From a bacterium (GTDB taxonomy: Bacteria; UBA10199; JADGCS01): a stretch of DNA of 37,773 nucleotides. Of this stretch, positions 33,322-37,773 are shown in pieces. Under the pieces are notes generated by a model that was not told the DNA's origin, made no database searches, and saw only the letters and a list, made by a program, of their open reading frames with translations. The position numbers and the translations under genes were made by a program. The stretch covers positions 1-37,773 of the forward strand of contig JAHJDR010000012.1 of assembly GCA_018812345.1 (NCBI GenBank), in the 5' to 3' direction. The number at the start of each line of letters is the position of its first letter. Position 1 is the stretch's first letter.

Positions 33322-33792
33322 ATGAATAGCGAGAAAATAAAAAAGGCAAAAGAAGTTGCCAAATATTTGTATGAAGGAAAGGATATCAAACATCGGTCTT
33401 GTGGTGTTGCCTTAGCCGAGACGTTTTGTCTGCCCACGCGCCCTTATGCAAGCCTAAGAAAGGGTGGCGTTACTGGCGAAAATGAATGTGGTGCCATTTT
33501 GGCAGGACGACTTGTTTTAGGAGAACTTCTTGGAGATCCAGATCCCTTGGCGCCAATAACACCCAAGCTATTTGATGGCATGCATCTCTACAAGGAATTA
33601 TGTCAAAAACATCTCAATACAGGCGCTGCCAAGTCTTATGCTTGTTATGATCTCACACAGCGGTTTAAAGACTTTGATTCTCAAGAAAGAAAGAATTTTT
33701 GTGGTTCTACTGTAGAAACAGTAGCGGGTTGTGTTACAGAAGTTTTAGAGAGGTTAGAGGTTGTGTATAAACTTCTGAATATCGCCTTATGA
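33322..33792 (+). CDS. C_GCAxxG_C_C-like redox-motif family protein (tentative)
   Basis: RSCGVALAETF and ENECGAILAGRLVLGELLG resemble the C...(G)CGAxxG core, and further Cys residues lie downstream. Confidence 0.5.
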   Translation: MNSEKIKKAKEVAKYLYEGKDIKHRSCGVALAETFCLPTRPYASLRKGGVTGENECGAILAGRLVLGELLGDPDPLAPITPKLFDGMHLYKELCQKHLNTGAAKSYACYDLTQRFKDFDSQERKNFCGSTVETVAGCVTEVLERLEVVYKLLNIAL

Positions 33793-33862
33793 ACAAAGGA
33801 ACTCTGTATCATGAAGTAAATATTTCATGATTCCTTTGTTCGGCATTCGATATTCGATATTC
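33793..33862. repeat. Bulged 16-bp hairpin followed by a TCGATAT heptamer array
   Basis: ACAAAGGA...ATCATGAA / TTCATGAT TCCTTTGT (33793-33839, with a 7-nt bulge). Then TCGGCAT TCGATAT TCGATAT TC (33840-33862). Confidence 0.75.
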
Positions 33863-33872
33863 TTTTAACATT

Positions 33873-34157
33873 ATGTTTAATAAGTTTAAACAAACACACC
33901 TCTTTATTACGGGCAGGGTTCAAGGCGTTTTTTATAGAGTAAGCACAAAGGAAATAGCACAAAAGCTGAATTTAAAAGGTTGGGTACGAAATTTACCTGA
34001 TGGCCGCGTAGAAGTTGTTGCCCAGGGAGATGAAAGCAGCTTAAAGGACTTTATCACTTGGGCGTGGCAGGGATCGCCAGGCGCACAGGTTTTAGAGGTC
34101 TTAGTAACTTGGGAAGAGGTAATGCAAGAGTTTAATAATTTTCGAATAACAAATTAA
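33873..34157 (+). CDS. acyP: Acylphosphatase
   Basis: GRVQGVFYR...GWVRNLPDGRVEVVAQG signature, 94 aa. Confidence 0.9.
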   Translation: MFNKFKQTHLFITGRVQGVFYRVSTKEIAQKLNLKGWVRNLPDGRVEVVAQGDESSLKDFITWAWQGSPGAQVLEVLVTWEEVMQEFNNFRITN

Positions 34158-34168
34158 GTGAGGTCATT

Positions 34169-34705
34169 ATGTCAGAAAAAGATTTTTTAACTAAAGAACC
34201 GAGGGTGTTAATTAGTGCAGAAAAAATACAACAACGCATTGATGAAATAGCAAACCAAATTAACAAGGAATATGAAGGCAAAGAAGTGATGGCCATTTGT
34301 ATTCTGAAAGGAGCGTCTTTATTTTTTGCTGATGTGATCAGACGCATTAAAGTGCCACTTCGCTGTGAGTTCATGGCTATGTCAAGTTATGGCAATGAAA
34401 AGAAAAGCTCAGGAGAAGTGAAGCTTGTATTAGATGCTAAATACCCCTTAGAAGGTCAAAATGTTATTGTTTTTGAAGATATTGTAGATTCAGGTTTGAC
34501 CTTAACATATATTCTCAATCTATTAAAAGCGCGAAATCCCGCTTCCATTAGGCTTTGTTCCTTATTATTTAAACCAGAATGTTTAAAAAAACCGCTTGAA
34601 GTGGATTATATTGGTTTTGAAATAGGGAACGAGTTTGTATTAGGATATGGCTTAGATTATGAAGGTTACTTGCGCGGTCTACCTTATGTGGGTGTATTAG
34701 ACTAA
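34169..34705 (+). CDS. hpt: Hypoxanthine phosphoribosyltransferase
   Basis: PRPP-binding motif VIVFEDIVDSGLTL. C-terminal GYGLDY...R.LPY(V)G. GAGG Shine-Dalgarno. Confidence 0.93.
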   Translation: MSEKDFLTKEPRVLISAEKIQQRIDEIANQINKEYEGKEVMAICILKGASLFFADVIRRIKVPLRCEFMAMSSYGNEKKSSGEVKLVLDAKYPLEGQNVIVFEDIVDSGLTLTYILNLLKARNPASIRLCSLLFKPECLKKPLEVDYIGFEIGNEFVLGYGLDYEGYLRGLPYVGVLD

Positions 34706-34729
34706 AGACCAAAGACCAAAGACCAAAGA
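34702..34729. repeat. CTAAAGA/CCAAAGA heptamer array (third locus of this family)
   Basis: CTAAAGA CCAAAGA CCAAAGA CCAAAGA. The hpt TAA stop (34703-34705) is in the first unit. The array fills the 31-bp convergent spacer. Confidence 0.85.
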
Positions 34730-34736
34730 GTTTGAA

Positions 34737-35486
34737 CTAAGAGATTTTTTCTAATAACGAATCATCAATATCAAAATTTGCCCAAACATTTTGTACATCA
34801 TCATTGTCTTCTAGGGTATCAACAAGACTAAGAACCTTTTCTGCTGTTTCCAAGTCTTCAATTTTCACAGTGTTTTTAGGAATCATTTCTATTCCTTCTT
34901 CTGTGATGCTTATGTTTGTTTTTCTGAGAGCGTCACTTACGTTGTGAAAGTCATTTAATGATGTTGTTACAATGAAGAGATCATCTTCTTTTGTGATATC
35001 ATCAGCGCCTGCTTCAAGAGCTTTGTCGAAAAGGTCGTCTTCTGTTGTTGTGCTCGCATCAATGCGTAACACGCCTTTTTTTTCAAACATCCAGCTTACA
35101 GCACCTGTTTCTGCCATGCTGCCACCTTTTCTTGTGAAAGAATATCTGATTTCAGCTACGATTCTGTTTTTGTTATCTGTCATACATTCAACAAGCAGGG
35201 CAACACCAGCAGGGCCATAGCCTTCGTATGATATTTCATCATACCTGGTGCCTTCAAGATCTCCTGTGCCTTTTTTTATGGCGCGTTCTATGTTGTCCTT
35301 TGGCATTGATTGCGATTTTGCTTTGTCAACAGCGAGGCGGAGTCGTGGGTTGGCACTTATGTCTCCGCCACCCAATCTAGCGGCGACTGTGACCTCTTTG
35401 ATAATTTTAGAGAAAATTTTAGCACGCTTGGCATCAGCAGCGCCTTTTTTATGTTTAATATTTGCCCATTTGGAGTGTCCAGCCAT
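34737..35486 (-). CDS. YebC/PmpR family transcriptional/translational regulator
   Basis: [27 protein letters not shown]... is a canonical family N-terminus. Confidence 0.93.
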   Translation of the reverse strand: MAGHSKWANIKHKKGAADAKRAKIFSKIIKEVTVAARLGGGDISANPRLRLAVDKAKSQSMPKDNIERAIKKGTGDLEGTRYDEISYEGYGPAGVALLVECMTDNKNRIVAEIRYSFTRKGGSMAETGAVSWMFEKKGVLRIDASTTTEDDLFDKALEAGADDITKEDDLFIVTTSLNDFHNVSDALRKTNISITEEGIEMIPKNTVKIEDLETAEKVLSLVDTLEDNDDVQNVWANFDIDDSLLEKIS

Positions 35487-35495
35487 TGTTCTTTA

Positions 35496-35565
35496 GTGTT
35501 CTGTGGGCCGTGAACAGTCGTTTATTCTTAGGCAAAAAAACAGTTCACAGGTCACGGGACACTGG
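35496..35565. repeat. Heptamer-period hairpin (GTGnnnn arm / nnnnCAC arm)
   Basis: GTGTTCT GTGGGCC GTGAACA GTCG ... CAGTTCA CAGGTCA CGGGACA CTGG. GTGAACAG and CAGTTCAC pair with one mismatch. Confidence 0.7.
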
Positions 35566-35573
35566 TTACAGAA

Positions 35574-36443
35574 TTAAGGGGCGATTTTAAATCGTCCGTA
35601 TAAGCTTGCTTGCTTTTGTGTGTTAACTTCTGTCACATCGAGAACCACACGATAAAAACCAAGCGTGATATCCTTATGGAAATCCATTTTTGTTTTTATT
35701 TCCAGCTGTGATGTTTCTTTATCAATTTTTCCTGTGTAACGCAAAAAAGAAGGTTTGTAGAGAATAAGGCTTCCTTTATGAGAAAAAACACGAATACTTA
35801 CTTCTAGTTTGAGCGTTTCAGGGATAGAAACATTAAAATCTTTTACATAAAACTTTAGATAAAGATCAGAACCAGCGGTTATTGTTTTTGAGCTGAGAGG
35901 TTCACCCCTTTCATTTATAAATTCTAAAGGACTTAACAATAGCTGTTCCGATTTGTGAAAAACAACTTGTTGTTCGGATTTAATTTCTTTTTTGTTTGTG
36001 AAGAAAAGGCCTGAGCCAATGATGAGTGTGAGTAGAAGAATGAGTGAGCCAAAAGTCAACAGGGCTATTTTTGCCGTTCTTTTGTTTAGATCAATGGCTT
36101 TTATAGCGTTTGCGAGCGCATTTATTTTATTTGTAAAAAATGATTTTCCCTTCACAGGGATGCCCGCTTCTATTTTCTTAATTTTATAGGAAATGCTGCT
36201 GGGTTCTTTTGTTCGTGGTGGACGCGCAACCTGTTCTCTTTGTGTGACTTCTATATTGAGTTTTGTTGTGACGCTGTCTTCTTCTTGTTCTTCTTGAGTT
36301 GTCGTGTAAGGAGGACGTTCTTCAACCAAGGTGATTTCATTCTCATCAAAAGTATCTTCCAGTCGGATTTTTGTTGTTGTTTCAAATTGGCGTTGATTTA
36401 TTTTATAGGTTTTTGTTTTGTCTTGATATTTGTCTTTTGTCAT
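35574..36443 (-). CDS. Single-pass membrane protein, function unknown (289 aa)
   Basis: Acidic T/E-rich N-terminal region, one TM helix (IALLTFGSLILLLTLIIGSGLFF) and a C-terminal domain of about 130 aa. Confidence 0.7.
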   Translation of the reverse strand: MTKDKYQDKTKTYKINQRQFETTTKIRLEDTFDENEITLVEERPPYTTTQEEQEEDSVTTKLNIEVTQREQVARPPRTKEPSSISYKIKKIEAGIPVKGKSFFTNKINALANAIKAIDLNKRTAKIALLTFGSLILLLTLIIGSGLFFTNKKEIKSEQQVVFHKSEQLLLSPLEFINERGEPLSSKTITAGSDLYLKFYVKDFNVSIPETLKLEVSIRVFSHKGSLILYKPSFLRYTGKIDKETSQLEIKTKMDFHKDITLGFYRVVLDVTEVNTQKQASLYGRFKIAP

Positions 36444-36460
36444 GAAGATAAAAAGAAAAA

Positions 36461-37615
36461 TTAAAAATCGTCTTTTTGTTTAATGGCGTATGATATGGCT
36501 TTGCTAACCTCTTCAGGATCGAGCCCTTTCCAAAAAACGGTCCAATCTTTTGTTCTGTGCATGCCATCACACTGTTTTGTGTACCAGTGTGTGATAAACA
36601 TATCAGGACGTGAGCGCCAAAAAAGTCGTGAATGATTTTTTGTTATGTGTTGCCATAAATCTCGACCAATCCCCAATCCTCTTGCTTCTGTGCCTACAGC
36701 AAAGGTTGAGAGGTACGTCATGTCATCATGTTCTCTCAAAAGAGCGGCTCCCATGTAGTTTTCTTCGAGATAGATGTGATCAAAAGAGCTTTGAAAAAAT
36801 GAGGGGTTTGTTTTTTGTTCAAAACTATTTTCAATTAGTTTTTGTAGTGAGCGAGGATCAAGTTCTGGTATTTTTTTGTCAGAAATAATTTTGGAACCTA
36901 GTTGAATTAATGAACCAGCACCCTTCACGGTAAATAATTCTCGTAAAAGATTATTTGGAGAAACAATAGATACGTGGATTTTATGATCACAAGAACGAAT
37001 GATTTCATCACAGGTGCTCAGAAAAAGAGCGTCTTGTTTGTTGATGACGTTTGTTGTGAGCAGTGAGTCCTTTTCAAATTGGAGATTGATAAGATTGAGA
37101 GGTAGTCCTGTTTCTTGGTTCACAATGCCACCAGAACGTCTGAGAAAAAGAACTTTTCCTGTTCTCAATGTGTGTGCTAAGCTTGTCAGCTCTTCTACGA
37201 TATTTACTTTTGGACTTGAGTGAAGAAGGGGGAGTTCTCTTCTTTTTATTTTATCTTTGATGAAGTTGAGCTTTTCTTGATTGTCATGGGAATCAGATAA
37301 AATATTAAATGCGATTTTGGCTTTTCTAAAATAACTATCTATTTCGAGATTTTCAATGACATCATCTGCCGAACGGATCAAAACGACAGGGTACAGTGGC
37401 AGGCGCATAAGATAGCGGATTTCAAAGATAATGGCATCAAGATCATCGCGGAGAATGTCTTCTTCAAGAACAATGATAGCAAAGTTTTCCGGTTTTGTTT
37501 TTGTGAAAAGGTTGAGATAAAAGGCGGCATCTTTTTTATGGCCAACAGAATGCATGAAACGAAGGACCAGGTCTTGGGGTTTTGCTTGTTTTCTAAAAGG
37601 AATGATTTCTGACAT
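36461..37615 (-). CDS. N-acetylglutamate synthase-like protein of the vertebrate/fungal type (degenerate amino-acid-kinase domain + DUF619/NAT domain)
   Basis: LFTVKGAGSLI (the end of an AAK fold), then YLSTFAVGTEARGLGIGRDLWQHI and LFWRSRPDMFITHWYTKQCDGMHRTKDWTVFWKGL. These are hallmarks of the NAT (DUF619) domain. Confidence 0.7.
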   Translation of the reverse strand: MSEIIPFRKQAKPQDLVLRFMHSVGHKKDAAFYLNLFTKTKPENFAIIVLEEDILRDDLDAIIFEIRYLMRLPLYPVVLIRSADDVIENLEIDSYFRKAKIAFNILSDSHDNQEKLNFIKDKIKRRELPLLHSSPKVNIVEELTSLAHTLRTGKVLFLRRSGGIVNQETGLPLNLINLQFEKDSLLTTNVINKQDALFLSTCDEIIRSCDHKIHVSIVSPNNLLRELFTVKGAGSLIQLGSKIISDKKIPELDPRSLQKLIENSFEQKTNPSFFQSSFDHIYLEENYMGAALLREHDDMTYLSTFAVGTEARGLGIGRDLWQHITKNHSRLFWRSRPDMFITHWYTKQCDGMHRTKDWTVFWKGLDPEEVSKAISYAIKQKDDF

Positions 37616-37690
37616 GCTGGATATAATGCCACATTAGGGATGTTTGGATCAATGGGAATGTGCGTTGATAGCAGAGATACTATAGAGCGT

Positions 37691-37773
37691 GCTATCGTCC
37701 ATCGTCTAGCGTCTATTTCGCTAGACGCTAGACGCTAGACGCTAGACGCTAGACGCTAGACGCTAGACGATAG
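37691..37773. repeat. Heptamer-array hairpin with (CTAGACG)x7, truncated by the window end
   Basis: CGTCTAGCGTCTA (37703-37715) pairs perfectly over 13 bp with TAGACGCTAGACG (37722-37734). Seven perfect CTAGACG units span 37721-37769. Confidence 0.9.

Overview
This is 37.8 kb of a roughly 40% GC chromosome from a diderm (Gram-negative type) bacterium. I recognised no rRNA, tRNA, CRISPR array, transposase, integrase or phage genes. I support 29 coding regions in three groups. (1) Housekeeping and metabolism: carA-carB, hpt, acylphosphatase, YebC, Nnr (NAD(P)HX repair), HIT, a DTW-domain tRNA modifier, an M20 peptidase, a LysR regulator, a Zn-dependent ADH, an NRDE/TANGO2-like protein and a vertebrate-like N-acetylglutamate synthase. 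(2) Envelope genes: a serine-palmitoyltransferase-like enzyme, a TSP3/FG-GAP propeller lipoprotein, a LolA-like protein with a putative outer-membrane barrel, and small lipoproteins. (3) A 12 kb co-directional block (1777-13787) encoding a 503-aa protein and three large acidic, Cys-rich lipoproteins with no function I can assign. The strongest signal is non-genic. Nearly every intergenic spacer holds tandem arrays with a 7-nt period (one case 9 nt). These are usually arranged as two inverted arms forming long imperfect hairpins, and several unit families recur at dispersed loci. The arrays run into coding ends, supplying stop codons, C-termini and a signal peptide, and they make an in-frame 21-bp (3x7) insertion in carA. 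One inverted array pair has a four-helix-bundle gene (23S-rRNA-IVS-protein / Avd-like) in its loop. That gene and the next lipoprotein gene each carry an in-frame TAA. Other points are a 31-nt promoter-like motif shared by the giant-lipoprotein block and the spt-like gene, a near-consensus sigma54 promoter, and start sites that mostly lack a Shine-Dalgarno sequence. Taxon cannot be determined from this window. The SPT-like gene and the lipoprotein-rich content fit a sphingolipid-making lineage such as Bacteriovorax-like predators or Bacteroidota, but that is only a guess.
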